Origin: an uncultured Eubacteriales bacterium
GTDB taxonomy: Bacteria > Bacillota > Clostridia > TANB77 > RGIG9151
Direction: 5' to 3'
Length of the DNA: 32,000 nucleotides
NCBI GenBank assembly: GCA_964640345.1
Contig: CAZXFU010000001.1
Span: forward strand, 1-32,000
The notes below the pieces were generated by a model. That model ran no database searches and was not told the DNA's origin. It worked only from the letters and a program-made list of their open reading frames with translations. Position numbers and translations under genes: made by a program. This document shows positions 9,116 to 18,172 of this stretch, piece after piece (position 1 is the first letter of the stretch; each line of letters begins with the position of its first letter).

Positions 9116-9935
9116 CTGTATTTCCCCCTTTATCTAATAACTTAGTTCCTTTCTTTATCGATCCATAAATTTTTGAATTCATCCAAACTTGGAGTAAAAT
9201 AGTAACTAACGTATTTACAAGCCAATATAATCCCATCCCAAGAGGAACTCTTAACGAAATACCAAAAATCATTAATGGCATAACCATCATCATATAAATT
9301 TGCATTGATTCTGTTTGCTTATTAGATGTACCATTATTATTAGATTGTTTTTTAGTAATATATGAAGATAAAAATGTTGCACATCCAGACAATATAGGGA
9401 TTATCAACGTTACCCAATTTGAAACATTAGGAACCATTCCTAAATCCAACCCTAAAAATCCGGTATCAATAATATCTTTTCTCTCATTTATAATATAATA
9501 CAACTCTTTATATGTTCCTTTATCCGCATATGCCTCAATCGCCTCAGTCACTCCCGGAACCTGCTTTAATTCAGGATACATAAATTTAACCGGCTGTGCA
9601 ATTGCGAAAAACATAGAATAAATAATAGGAATTTGAATTAACAAAAGTAAACAACCACCAAAAGGATTTATTTTTCTTTCTTCATAAAGTTTTTGCATTT
9701 CTTGTGCTAATTTTTCCTGGTTATTCTTATATTTTTCCTGCAACCTTTCTAAAATAGGTTGTATTTCCTGTGTTTCTTTCATAGAACGTTGTTGCTTTAG
9801 TGACAACGGTATAGTTATAAGTTTTATGAAAATTGTAAATAATATAATAGCCAAACCGTAATTTGCTGTCGCTTCATACAACGATTTAAGTATCAAGCCC
9901 ATAAAACGAGCTATGATGTCCATTATCGCTATCAT
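9099..9935 (-). CDS. yidC: membrane protein insertase YidC/Oxa1 family
   Basis: PLSLKQQRSMKETQEIQP...KINPFGGCLLLLIQIPI core with multiple TM helices. GGAGG lies 5 nt upstream of ATG 9935. Confidence 0.92.
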   Translation of the reverse strand: MIAIMDIIARFMGLILKSLYEATANYGLAIILFTIFIKLITIPLSLKQQRSMKETQEIQPILERLQEKYKNNQEKLAQEMQKLYEERKINPFGGCLLLLIQIPIIYSMFFAIAQPVKFMYPELKQVPGVTEAIEAYADKGTYKELYYIINERKDIIDTGFLGLDLGMVPNVSNWVTLIIPILSGCATFLSSYITKKQSNNNGTSNKQTESMQIYMMMVMPLMIFGISLRVPLGMGLYWLVNTLVTILLQVWMNSKIYGSIKKGTKLLDKGGNTDGAKG

Positions 9936-9953
9936 TTTAACCTCCCCACAAAA

Positions 9954-10196
9954 TTATTTAAGCGGATCATCTCCGCCTTTTGCAAAGGGATTGCACCTTA
10001 ATATTCTCCAAAATCCTTTTATAAGTCCTTTTATAACCCCATACTTTTCAACTGCCTGTCTAGTATACTCAGAACAAGTAGGATTATATATACAGCAACC
10101 AGGACCTTTTAAGTGAGAAAGATGTTTCTGATAAAAACTAATTGCTTTTAACACTAATTTTTTCACTGTTTTTTCCCTTTTTATACAAATATTCAA
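9954..10196 (-). CDS. yidD: membrane protein insertion efficiency factor YidD
   Basis: FYQKHLS...CIYNPTCSEYTRQA...RILRCNPF..GGDDP motifs. The true start may be GTG at 10166, because the longer form overlaps rnpA. Confidence 0.85.
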   Translation of the reverse strand: MNICIKREKTVKKLVLKAISFYQKHLSHLKGPGCCIYNPTCSEYTRQAVEKYGVIKGLIKGFWRILRCNPFAKGGDDPLK

Positions 10197-10491
10197 TCTC
10201 TTTTTTTATCTCAAAAAAATCTACCTCATCAGCAGAAATCTTATTTTTCCAAACAAAAACTATATCAAATCCGTTTTCGAAATCAACCGAAGTCAGTCGC
10301 ACAGCCTCTCTTATAATTCTTTTTATGCGATTTCTACAAACAGCCTTTCCGGCTTTCTTTCCAATAGCAAAACCATATCTTGTTTGATTAAGTTTGTTGG
10401 GGAAAAAATAAACAGCAAGATTATTACCATTTATTGACTTTCCCCTACTTAATACTCTTTTAAATTCAAAGTTCTTTTTTATTGTTATCAT
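10138..10491 (-). CDS. rnpA: ribonuclease P protein component
   Basis: KAVCRNRIKRIIREA (RNR motif), directly downstream of rpmH. ATG 10491 has better SD spacing than 10497. The track ORF extends upstream into rpmH. Confidence 0.9.
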   Translation of the reverse strand: MITIKKNFEFKRVLSRGKSINGNNLAVYFFPNKLNQTRYGFAIGKKAGKAVCRNRIKRIIREAVRLTSVDFENGFDIVFVWKNKISADEVDFFEIKKEIEYLYKKGKNSEKISVKSN

Positions 10492-10517
10492 GCTCATTCT
10501 TTCCTTTTTTCGCTTAA

Positions 10518-10652
10518 TTAAACACAAAGAACTTCTCTACCCTTAGCACGTCTTGCACTAAGAACTTTTCTTCCTCCTGCTGTCTTCATTCTAGCTCTGA
10601 AGCCATGAACCTTTTTCATTTTTCTGTTATTAGGTTGAAATGTTCTTTTCAT
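10518..10652 (-). CDS. rpmH: 50S ribosomal protein L34
   Basis: Not in the ORF track. My translation is [44 protein letters not shown] (44 aa). Confidence 0.95.
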   Translation of the reverse strand: MKRTFQPNNRKMKKVHGFRARMKTAGGRKVLSARRAKGREVLCV

Positions 10653-10701
10653 AATTTACACCTACTTCCTCATAAAACATTTTCCTTTTAAAGGCGTTCT
10701 T

Positions 10702-10730
10702 ATTATACTACATAAGGCTTGGAGTGTCAA
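10702..10730 (-). promoter_or_regulatory. perfect-consensus sigA promoter for rpmH-rnpA
   Basis: On the minus strand this reads TTGACA-17 nt-TATAAT. It lies about 50 nt upstream of the rpmH start. Confidence 0.8.
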
Positions 10731-10746
10731 TACTCAAAAAAACATA

Positions 10747-10775
10747 TTGACTTTTTTAAACTTTTTATGTAAAAT
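10747..10775 (+). promoter_or_regulatory. candidate sigA promoter for the 171-aa orphan ORF
   Basis: TTGACT-17 nt-TAAAAT. It is divergent from the rpmH promoter and 16 nt away from it. Confidence 0.55.
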
Positions 10776-10837
10776 ATTTTTGGTAATAATAATATAAATC
10801 CTTGATACAATTAAGTCAAGGAAAAAGGAGGAATTCG

Positions 10838-11353
10838 ATGAACAACTTGCGGACGGTTTCTTTCAAAAAAAGTTCCTTTGAGACATGGCATCTCAAGGAA
10901 GTTGAGGGCTGGGCTATTTTCCCCGGCACTAAGAATTCTTTCTGGTTGCCGGGATATGGAGATGTGCTAGTTTTAAATGATTCTTTGGCACATTTGCTTT
11001 CCTGCACCAGAAGGCTCTTTAACGGTTCTTTCATCATAAAAACCATTAAAGAGCCTGAGTACGAAGAATATCTTGGAGGAAGAGAACCCGACCGACCGAC
11101 AGGAAATTTTGTTTATAGACAGATTGCAAAATTTCTGCCTATCCCAGATGACAGGTACTATTACCAGTTCCTGTTGTCTGAAGATGATGATATCGGATTT
11201 TCTAAAGATTTCGATATCATTATCGATAGCTGCTTCGAGAATGTTGTTCATTCCGAGCAGTATATTCGGACTGTTTATGCTGCTACAGTATCGACGGCTC
11301 CTTTGATACTGGACAGCCAAAATCGGGTATGTATTTCGCCTTTTTTTAGCTAA
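10838..11353 (+). CDS. hypothetical protein, compositionally foreign orphan (171 aa)
   Basis: ATG lies 6 nt after AGGAGG. Hand counts give about 40-50% GC with C/G-ending codons, and shadow ORFs appear in other frames. I recognise no motif, TM helix or signal peptide. The track start at 10802 is an unlikely TTG. Confidence 0.7.
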   Translation: MNNLRTVSFKKSSFETWHLKEVEGWAIFPGTKNSFWLPGYGDVLVLNDSLAHLLSCTRRLFNGSFIIKTIKEPEYEEYLGGREPDRPTGNFVYRQIAKFLPIPDDRYYYQFLLSEDDDIGFSKDFDIIIDSCFENVVHSEQYIRTVYAATVSTAPLILDSQNRVCISPFFS

Positions 11354-11360
11354 AAAAGGA

Positions 11361-11382
11361 CCCCTCTTAATTGAGGGGTTTT
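11361..11382. terminator. bidirectional intrinsic terminator
   Basis: CCCCTC-TTAATT-GAGGGG followed by TTTTC on the plus strand and by TCCTTTTTT on the minus strand. It lies between the convergent orphan ORF and comEA. Confidence 0.75.
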
Positions 11383-11387
11383 CATTT

Positions 11388-12050
11388 TTAAACTGTAATT
11401 TTATCTTTTATCTTTTCATACTTTTTCTCTCCTATCCCGGAAACATTCTTTATATCTTCAATGTCGTTAAATTTTCCGTTTTTATTTCTATAATCAATTA
11501 TCTTTTGAGCAGTTGAGTCACCAATCCCATTTATTGACGTTAGCTGTTCTTTAGTCGAAAAATTTATATTTATTTTATTACTTTCTTCAAAGATTTCATT
11601 TTCTGTAACACCACTTGTTACATTTATAACAGGTGTTGAATTATAATAAGTTGTTTTACTTACAACTTTTTTTACTTCCTTCTTTGGTATCACAATTTTC
11701 ATGGCATCTGATAGAATATACGCTAAATTAACTGTGGACGTGTCTGCTTTTTCAGTTACGCCTCCTGCCAAGTTTATCGCATCATTAATTCTTGAATTTT
11801 CAGGTAATTCATATAACCCCGGACTTACAACCTCTCCTCCAACATCTACAAAAATAGTTTTTACCTCTTCAATTTTTTCTACTTCTTCTCTTTCAACATC
11901 AATCATTTCTCCACTCTCTATTTCATTAATTATTTCATTTTTTTGTTCCTTCATATAAAGTATGTTATATAATAATGCCGATAGTAAAAATGTAGTAATA
12001 ACTACAGAAATTATTGTTTTTTTATTTAGTTCGAATTTCAAAATTTCCAC
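11388..12050 (-). CDS. comEA: competence protein ComEA (helix-hairpin-helix DNA receptor)
   Basis: N-terminal TM helix, SLBB-like middle region, and C-terminal tandem HhH (INGIGDSTAQKIIDYR...VSGIGEKKYEKI). Confidence 0.88.
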   Translation of the reverse strand: MEILKFELNKKTIISVVITTFLLSALLYNILYMKEQKNEIINEIESGEMIDVEREEVEKIEEVKTIFVDVGGEVVSPGLYELPENSRINDAINLAGGVTEKADTSTVNLAYILSDAMKIVIPKKEVKKVVSKTTYYNSTPVINVTSGVTENEIFEESNKININFSTKEQLTSINGIGDSTAQKIIDYRNKNGKFNDIEDIKNVSGIGEKKYEKIKDKITV

Positions 12051-12127
12051 TCCTTTCCAAAATTAGAATATCTTGTTTTTCTTTTTTTGTCAACAGTGGA
12101 AAAATTTGCCGATAAATGGAGGTTATC

Positions 12128-13405
12128 ATGAAGAAAATTAAGCATAAAAAAATTCCATTGATTTTTACATTTTTTATTTTTATTTTAATAACAGTTCTTT
12201 GCCCTATAAAATCCTATGCATTAGATGTATACTGCGATTCAGCCATTCTTATAGATGCAAAAACAGGTAATGTTTTATATGAAAAAAATTCAAACCAAAA
12301 AGCATATCCTGCCAGTACAACAAAAATTCTAACAGCATACATCGCATTATCTCAAGGCTATTCAATGGATACAGAAATAATTCCATCAAGATATGCTGTG
12401 ATGTCAATTCCACAAGGGAGTACACTTGCATATTTTTCTGAAGGCGAAAAGCTTACTTTAGAACAGGTATTATACGGTTTATTGCTCCCATCTGGTAATG
12501 ACGCTGCAAATATACTAGCCGAACATGTTTCCGGTTCAATTTCAAATTTTGTAGATCTAATGAACACTACTGCTCGTAACCTAGGTGCAACTAATTCTAA
12601 TTTTGTAAATGCAAACGGATTACACGACGATAATCACTATACAACAGCTGCAGACTTGGCAAAAATAGCCTATAATGCTATGAAAATCGAGAAATTCCGA
12701 GAAATCGTATCTCAATCAAAATATGAAATGCCTGCAACGAATGTTTCAAAAACAAAAAGACCTTTCAATAATACCAATAAATTGCTAACATCAGGAGGCG
12801 AATACTTTTTCTCTGCCGCAAATGGAATAAAAACAGGTTATACATCACAAGCAGGCAATTGTCTGGTAGCATCTGCTTCAAAAGACGGTCTCGACCTTAT
12901 AACAGTTGTTCTGGGCGGAAGAATTATACCGGTAAACAAATCAACTGTTTATCTAGATACTTTAACATTATTTAACTACGGCTTTGAAAACTACCATAAT
13001 CAACAATTGATCGCTCAAAATCAATTTGTAACAACTTGTATTCCTAAAAAATCAAGAAAAGAAACCTTAAATTTATCTGCAGGTTCGGGATTAAATGTAA
13101 CTGTTAAAAATGGGGATACACCTGTGTTTGACAAGATTATCACTTTAAACGACAACATCGTTGCTCCCATCAAAAAAGGAGATGTACTCGGAACAGTTTC
13201 TTATACTAGAGATGGAGAAACTATAGGCATAATAAATTTATTGGCTCAAAATGACGTTGAAAAAGAGCCTGTTATATTTGTAATCTTAAGAATATTGCTT
13301 TATTTAGTGATTTCTGTTATAATACTTGGTGTTGGACTTAGAATTTTCAACGAAATACGAAAATTTATAAAAAAAATTTCAAAAAAAAGAAAAAAGGTGA
13401 AATAA
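12128..13405 (+). CDS. D-alanyl-D-alanine carboxypeptidase (PBP5/DacB-DacF type)
   Basis: Signal peptide, SxxK (PASTTK), SxN (PSGND), KTG (IKTGYT) and a C-terminal membrane anchor. GGAGG lies 5 nt before ATG 12128. Confidence 0.9.
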   Translation: MKKIKHKKIPLIFTFFIFILITVLCPIKSYALDVYCDSAILIDAKTGNVLYEKNSNQKAYPASTTKILTAYIALSQGYSMDTEIIPSRYAVMSIPQGSTLAYFSEGEKLTLEQVLYGLLLPSGNDAANILAEHVSGSISNFVDLMNTTARNLGATNSNFVNANGLHDDNHYTTAADLAKIAYNAMKIEKFREIVSQSKYEMPATNVSKTKRPFNNTNKLLTSGGEYFFSAANGIKTGYTSQAGNCLVASASKDGLDLITVVLGGRIIPVNKSTVYLDTLTLFNYGFENYHNQQLIAQNQFVTTCIPKKSRKETLNLSAGSGLNVTVKNGDTPVFDKIITLNDNIVAPIKKGDVLGTVSYTRDGETIGIINLLAQNDVEKEPVIFVILRILLYLVISVIILGVGLRIFNEIRKFIKKISKKRKKVK

Positions 13406-13939
13406 ATGGGATTAATCAACTTCATAAACAGTATTGGAAAAAGCTTCATGGATTTTGCTTCTTCTTCTTCTGACTTTAGGTGTGCACAATGTATAAAATG
13501 CAAGCAATGTGTAAAAACATTACCAAATTCCGAACAAGTAAGAGTTTTTACTTGTCCAGCTGTAGATCCCAGTCTAGCAGATGACGAATATATTGATTCA
13601 TTACTACCTGATGTTATAAACGGAATTAGCCCTGAATACATAGAAGCTTATAATAACAACAGAGATGCTATTTACTCGTATTTGTACTCTAACCCGACTG
13701 TTTGCTCAAATTTGGCTACTCCTCTTTTATTTGAAAACTGTACTCCTATCACTACTTATGACGAATTACTATATTTTTATAAAGCGACAGGCTGTCCTAA
13801 ATTCAGACCATTTATAGATACTTCAAATATTGTCGGTTATAACGATAACCTACAAACATTCGTAGCACCTAATATTGTTTCTTTTGATTCACTACCGGCT
13901 ACTGATAAAACTATGATAACCCAAACAGAAGGCTGGTAA
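13406..13939 (+). CDS. hypothetical protein with N-terminal CX2CX2CX2C...CP cluster
   Basis: The ATG immediately follows the dac stop (TAA-ATG), suggesting translational coupling. Cysteines are C26/C29/C32/C35, then C50-P51, plus three more. I recognise no family. Confidence 0.6.
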   Translation: MGLINFINSIGKSFMDFASSSSDFRCAQCIKCKQCVKTLPNSEQVRVFTCPAVDPSLADDEYIDSLLPDVINGISPEYIEAYNNNRDAIYSYLYSNPTVCSNLATPLLFENCTPITTYDELLYFYKATGCPKFRPFIDTSNIVGYNDNLQTFVAPNIVSFDSLPATDKTMITQTEGW

Positions 13940-13965
13940 TAAAAATTACCGGCCTTCTGTTTGGG
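13920..13965. terminator. long hairpin between convergent genes
   Basis: A 21-bp stem with one G-U pair and an AAAA loop. It overlaps the stop of the 177-aa ORF and ends 1 nt before the spo0A stop. There is no clear U-tract on either strand. Confidence 0.55.
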
Positions 13966-13966
13966 C

Positions 13967-14746
13967 TTACACCTCTGTCTTCATTTCCAACTTCATTTTA
14001 TCTGCAATCATAGCAATAAACTCACTATTCGTAGGTTTTCCTTTAGCAACATTTATCGTATATCCAAACACATTCTGTAAAGTATCTAGTCTCCCCCTGC
14101 TCCACGCAACCTCTATTGCATGTCTTATCGCCCTTTCTACCCTACTTGGTGTTGTATTATAAGTAGTTGCAACACTAGGATACAAAGTTTTTGTAACAGC
14201 ACCAAGCAAATCCTGATTATGTATTGACAAAATTATCGCCTCACGCAAGTATTGATGACCTCTTATATGAGCCGGAACACCAATATCATGCATTATATTA
14301 GTGATTTCTTTCTCTAAATTTTCATCTGTTACTGTTCTTTTTCTTTCTACTATCTTTGTACTTTTTTCTTTTTTAACAATTCTCCTTATACGTTCGGTCA
14401 ATATAGAAAAATCAAAAGGTTTCAACATAAAGCAATATGCACCTAAAGATATTGCTTCCCTTATCATAATATCTTGCGACAACGAAGATAAAACCAAAAA
14501 CACAGGTCTTTTATCAATCTTCTTATTTTGAACTGCTTTTAAAACCCCAATACCATCAATTTTAGGCAACAACATCTCAAGCACAACAAAGTCCGGTTTC
14601 TTTTCTGCAATCATTTCAACTGCATCTGCTCCGTTATCAACCACTCCGTCTACTACAAAATCCTTTTGTTGTGACAAATACTCCCTCAATTTTGCCGATG
14701 TTTCCACATTACCATCTGCAATTAAAACTCTAATTTCCTCGCCCAT
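13967..14746 (-). CDS. spo0A: sporulation master regulator Spo0A
   Basis: N-terminal receiver domain (VLIADGN...[12 protein letters not shown]) and Spo0A-specific C-terminal [18 protein letters not shown] 14746 lies 7 nt after GGAGG. Confidence 0.93.
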   Translation of the reverse strand: MGEEIRVLIADGNVETSAKLREYLSQQKDFVVDGVVDNGADAVEMIAEKKPDFVVLEMLLPKIDGIGVLKAVQNKKIDKRPVFLVLSSLSQDIMIREAISLGAYCFMLKPFDFSILTERIRRIVKKEKSTKIVERKRTVTDENLEKEITNIMHDIGVPAHIRGHQYLREAIILSIHNQDLLGAVTKTLYPSVATTYNTTPSRVERAIRHAIEVAWSRGRLDTLQNVFGYTINVAKGKPTNSEFIAMIADKMKLEMKTEV

Positions 14747-14881
14747 CGTCAAACCTCCTCCTTTTTTCTAGCCAAACATTCTTCTTCTGTTAAATTTTGT
14801 TTAACTTTCGTGAAAAAAGCATTATTTTCTTTATTCACAAATTTATTATAAAAACTTGTCTAAAAAAAATAAGGTAAAATT

Positions 14882-14919
14882 TGTCGATGAACATTGTATT
14901 TTTTGTATCTATTTCGACA
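14882..14919. promoter_or_regulatory. 0A-box pair upstream of spo0A
   Basis: TGTCGAT (14882-14888, 6/7) and TTCGACA (14913-14919), the reverse complement of the TGTCGAA 0A box. This fits Spo0A autoregulation. Confidence 0.45.
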
Positions 14920-15559
14920 AAATAGTATATATAATTTTATTTTCTGTTAATTTTATGACATCTTTGACAACTTCTTGTATTTTTTCTTCAGGAATTTCTA
15001 TTTCTATTTGAACATTCTCAGCAAATATAGATGTATACTGGATTTGAGATTTATCAAAATAAAATAAAACTTTATCTTTTATTTCATATCCACAAATAAA
15101 TCTTACTTTTGTATATTTTATTATTTCATATATCACAGCCTTTTCTAATGCTTTTTTTGCAGCTTCTGAATATGCTCTGATAAGTCCGCCTTTTCCAAGT
15201 AAAATTCCTCCAAAATACCTTGTTACAACTACCAAAACATTTGTTATTTCTCTCTTTTGAAGTATGCTAAAAATAGGCAGACCGGCAGTTCCCTGTGGCT
15301 CACCGTCATCACTATATTTACATATGTTATTCGGTAAAATATATGCATAAACATTATGTCTTGCATCCCAAAACTCTTTTTTTATCTCACTTATCTTATT
15401 TTCCGCCTCTTCTTTTGAATCAACAAGAAAGACACTTGCGATAAACCTAGACTTTTTTTCTGTTATTTCATCTCTAGCCTGATTTTTTATAGTAAAAATA
15501 TTATTGCACCTCCAATTGAGCAAACTTAGCCATAAGTCTCTTTTTTCCCGAACGTTCAA
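14909..15559 (-). CDS. yigZ: YigZ/IMPACT family protein (UPF0029)
   Basis: KKSRFIA...DDGEPQGTAGLPI motifs. The start is uncertain: the track start is a TTG 59 nt inside pcrA, and ATT at 15499 has a well-placed GGAGGTG. Confidence 0.8.
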   Translation of the reverse strand: MNVREKRDLWLSLLNWRCNNIFTIKNQARDEITEKKSRFIASVFLVDSKEEAENKISEIKKEFWDARHNVYAYILPNNICKYSDDGEPQGTAGLPIFSILQKREITNVLVVVTRYFGGILLGKGGLIRAYSEAAKKALEKAVIYEIIKYTKVRFICGYEIKDKVLFYFDKSQIQYTSIFAENVQIEIEIPEEKIQEVVKDVIKLTENKIIYTILSK

Positions 15560-17768
15560 ACAAAATCTCTAACATTAAATCATCATCTTCAGGGGTAATC
15601 TTTGTAATAACACCTGCACCAAACCTTTTATGCATTACAAATTTACCTTCTTCAAATACGGATAAATCTGCGTGTATCTGCGTCGCAGCCGGTTTGTATC
15701 CTTCTATATTCTTAATATAAGATCCTCCATTAGCAGCTGCAGAAACTTTTGACTTATAACTTGTATCATCAAATAACTTGTACTCTGTTACCTTTGAAGA
15801 ATAAAAATCATTTGAATTGTATTCACTTAGAAGCTCTTTTTGATATCCTTCCATAAGTGTTTCAGGTATCTCTTCTAAAAATCTTGACGGTTTATTTATA
15901 CTTGTGTTTCCAAATAATGTTCTTCTTCTTGCACATGTTATATAAAGTTTTTCCCTTGCTCTTGTAATCCCAACATAACAAAGTCTTCTTTCTTCTTCTA
16001 TTTCGGATGGATCACCCATAGAACGATATCCCGGAAAAACGCCTTCTTCCATTCCGGGAATGAACACAACCGGGAATTCCAATCCTTTTGCACTGTGCAT
16101 TGTCATTAAAGTAATATATTCTTTTTCTTCGGTATCTGCATTATCCAAATCCGACACTAAAGCCATATTTTCCAAAAAGTCTGCTAAACTTGGTTCTGCA
16201 GCTTCTTTTTCATACTCTTCAGCAACAGCAACCAATTCGGCTATATTTTCTATTCTCGTTTGATTCTCAATAGTATCTTCTTGTTGCAAAGCACTTATAT
16301 ACCCTGTTTCGTTAACAACCTTTGTTATTATCTGAGAAACCAACATATTCTCATTATTCGCTTCATTTTTTATTCCTTCAATCAAATTGTAAAATTCCTT
16401 TATTCCATTCTTCGCCCTAGCTACATCTGGGCATACATCTATGTTTCGTAGGATTTCCCAACAAGAAGTGTTTTTTTCTGTCGCAGATTTTTGTATGTTT
16501 TCTATAGCAGTTTTTCCTATACCCCTTTTTGGCTCATTAATTATTCTTTTAAGGCTTACATTGTCCATAGGGTTATATAATACCCTTAAATATGAAATAA
16601 CGTCTTTAATCTCCTTTCTGTCGTAAAATTTAAGACCTCCTACAACTTTATAAGGTAAAGCCTCACTCATCAAATAATCTTCAATTATTCTGGATTGTGC
16701 GTTTATTCTGTATAAAATTCCAAAATCACTGTATTTCCTTTCTTTTGATACTAATGATTTTATTTGCCCAATTATGTACTTAGCTTCATCTTTCTCATCT
16801 TCTGCCTTATAAAATTGTATTTTTTCTCCCTCTTCGTTTTCTGTCCAAAGTTTTTTTTGCTTTCTTCCTTCATTGTTTTTTATAACTTCGTTTGCAGCGT
16901 TTAATATATTGCTTGTAGAACGATAATTTTGCTCAAGTTTTATTGTTTTTGCACCAGGAAATGCCTTTTCAAAATCTAATATATTTCTCATATCTGCTCC
17001 CCTAAAACCATATATACTCTGATCATCATCACCTACTACACATAAATTTCCACTTCCTAAAGCAAGTAAACTTACTAAAGTAAACTGAGCTTGGTTTGTA
17101 TCCTGATACTCATCTACTAATATATATTTAAACTTGTTTTGATAATATGTTAAAACATCCGGATTTTCCAAAAAAAGTTGTGTTGTTTTCATTATCAAAT
17201 CGTCAAAATCCAATGCATTATTTTCCTTTAATTTTTTCTCGTATAACATATAAACATTTGCAACCTTAGCTAATCGAAAATTTGTCTGATTTTGTTTTAA
17301 ATATTCTTTTGGTTCAACTAATTGATTTTTTGCCTTACTTATTTCACTGATAAGGTATTGAACCGAAAAGTTTTTATCATCTATTTCTAATTCTTTTTGA
17401 CATTCTTTTATCAATGTTTTTTGATCTGCCGTATCAAATATTACAAAACTTTTTTCATATCCTATTTTTTCAATATCTCTTCTTAATATTCTAACACATG
17501 TCGAGTGGAAAGTGCTTATCCAAATATCTTCAGCTTCCTCTGTTACTAATTTTTCAACCCTTTCTTTCATTTCTTTTGCTGCTTTGTTAGTAAAAGTTAT
17601 TGCTAATATATTATATGGTTTTACATTTTTTTCTCCTATCAAATACGCTATTCTATATGTAAGTACTCTTGTTTTTCCAGAGCCTGCTCCTGCAATTACT
17701 AATAAAGGTCCTTCTGTGGTTTTTACCGCTTCTAACTGTTCCGGATTCAATTTATCTAATTCTAACAT
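15501..17768 (-). CDS. pcrA: ATP-dependent DNA helicase PcrA (UvrD family)
   Basis: AGAGSGKTRVLT, VDEYQDTN, TMHSAKGLEF and CYVGITRAREKLY, with a C-terminal Tudor-like tail. Confidence 0.94.
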   Translation of the reverse strand: MLELDKLNPEQLEAVKTTEGPLLVIAGAGSGKTRVLTYRIAYLIGEKNVKPYNILAITFTNKAAKEMKERVEKLVTEEAEDIWISTFHSTCVRILRRDIEKIGYEKSFVIFDTADQKTLIKECQKELEIDDKNFSVQYLISEISKAKNQLVEPKEYLKQNQTNFRLAKVANVYMLYEKKLKENNALDFDDLIMKTTQLFLENPDVLTYYQNKFKYILVDEYQDTNQAQFTLVSLLALGSGNLCVVGDDDQSIYGFRGADMRNILDFEKAFPGAKTIKLEQNYRSTSNILNAANEVIKNNEGRKQKKLWTENEEGEKIQFYKAEDEKDEAKYIIGQIKSLVSKERKYSDFGILYRINAQSRIIEDYLMSEALPYKVVGGLKFYDRKEIKDVISYLRVLYNPMDNVSLKRIINEPKRGIGKTAIENIQKSATEKNTSCWEILRNIDVCPDVARAKNGIKEFYNLIEGIKNEANNENMLVSQIITKVVNETGYISALQQEDTIENQTRIENIAELVAVAEEYEKEAAEPSLADFLENMALVSDLDNADTEEKEYITLMTMHSAKGLEFPVVFIPGMEEGVFPGYRSMGDPSEIEEERRLCYVGITRAREKLYITCARRRTLFGNTSINKPSRFLEEIPETLMEGYQKELLSEYNSNDFYSSKVTEYKLFDDTSYKSKVSAAANGGSYIKNIEGYKPAATQIHADLSVFEEGKFVMHKRFGAGVITKITPEDDDLMLEILFERSGKKRLMAKFAQLEVQ

Positions 17769-17896
17769 GTTTATCTCCTTTCTTCTTTCTTAGATATTTT
17801 ATCTTGTTTACTTTTCTATTTCAACCATTAGAAAAATTTTATTTTCTTTTTTCTTGAAAATAAAAACTTTTTCTGTTATATTGTTACTGATGTTGA

Positions 17897-18134
17897 TTAT
17901 CAACAATTTTATCAACATCAAAAAATGCTTTATTTTACGAATGATAAGAATTTCAAAGCTTTATTTATGCTTTATCAACAATTGTGGATAACTATGTGGA
18001 TAACTTTATATTATTCCCATGTTGATAAAAACTATTCAAATAGCTATGCTTTGAAATTTTTTAATTATATAGCTATTTTTTTATAAAAAAATTTGTTGTT
18101 TCATGCTATTAGCACTTCTTATAACTTATCAACA
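17897..18134. other. oriC upstream DnaA-box cluster plus AT-rich unwinding region
   Basis: Perfect TGTGGATAA at 17983-17991 and 17995-18003. TTATCAACA or TGTTGATAA variants at 17897, 17909, 17972, 18020 and 18126. An AT-rich tract at about 18061-18100. Gene strand bias switches here. Confidence 0.85.
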
Positions 18135-18172
18135 AGTTTTTTAACAGCAATATCTTTGGGAAGGGGATTAAA

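Noticed and set aside
13300-13641. A 113-aa antisense ORF spanning the junction of dac and the 177-aa ORF
   Set aside because: It has no SD and a low-complexity translation, and it sits opposite two translationally coupled sense genes.
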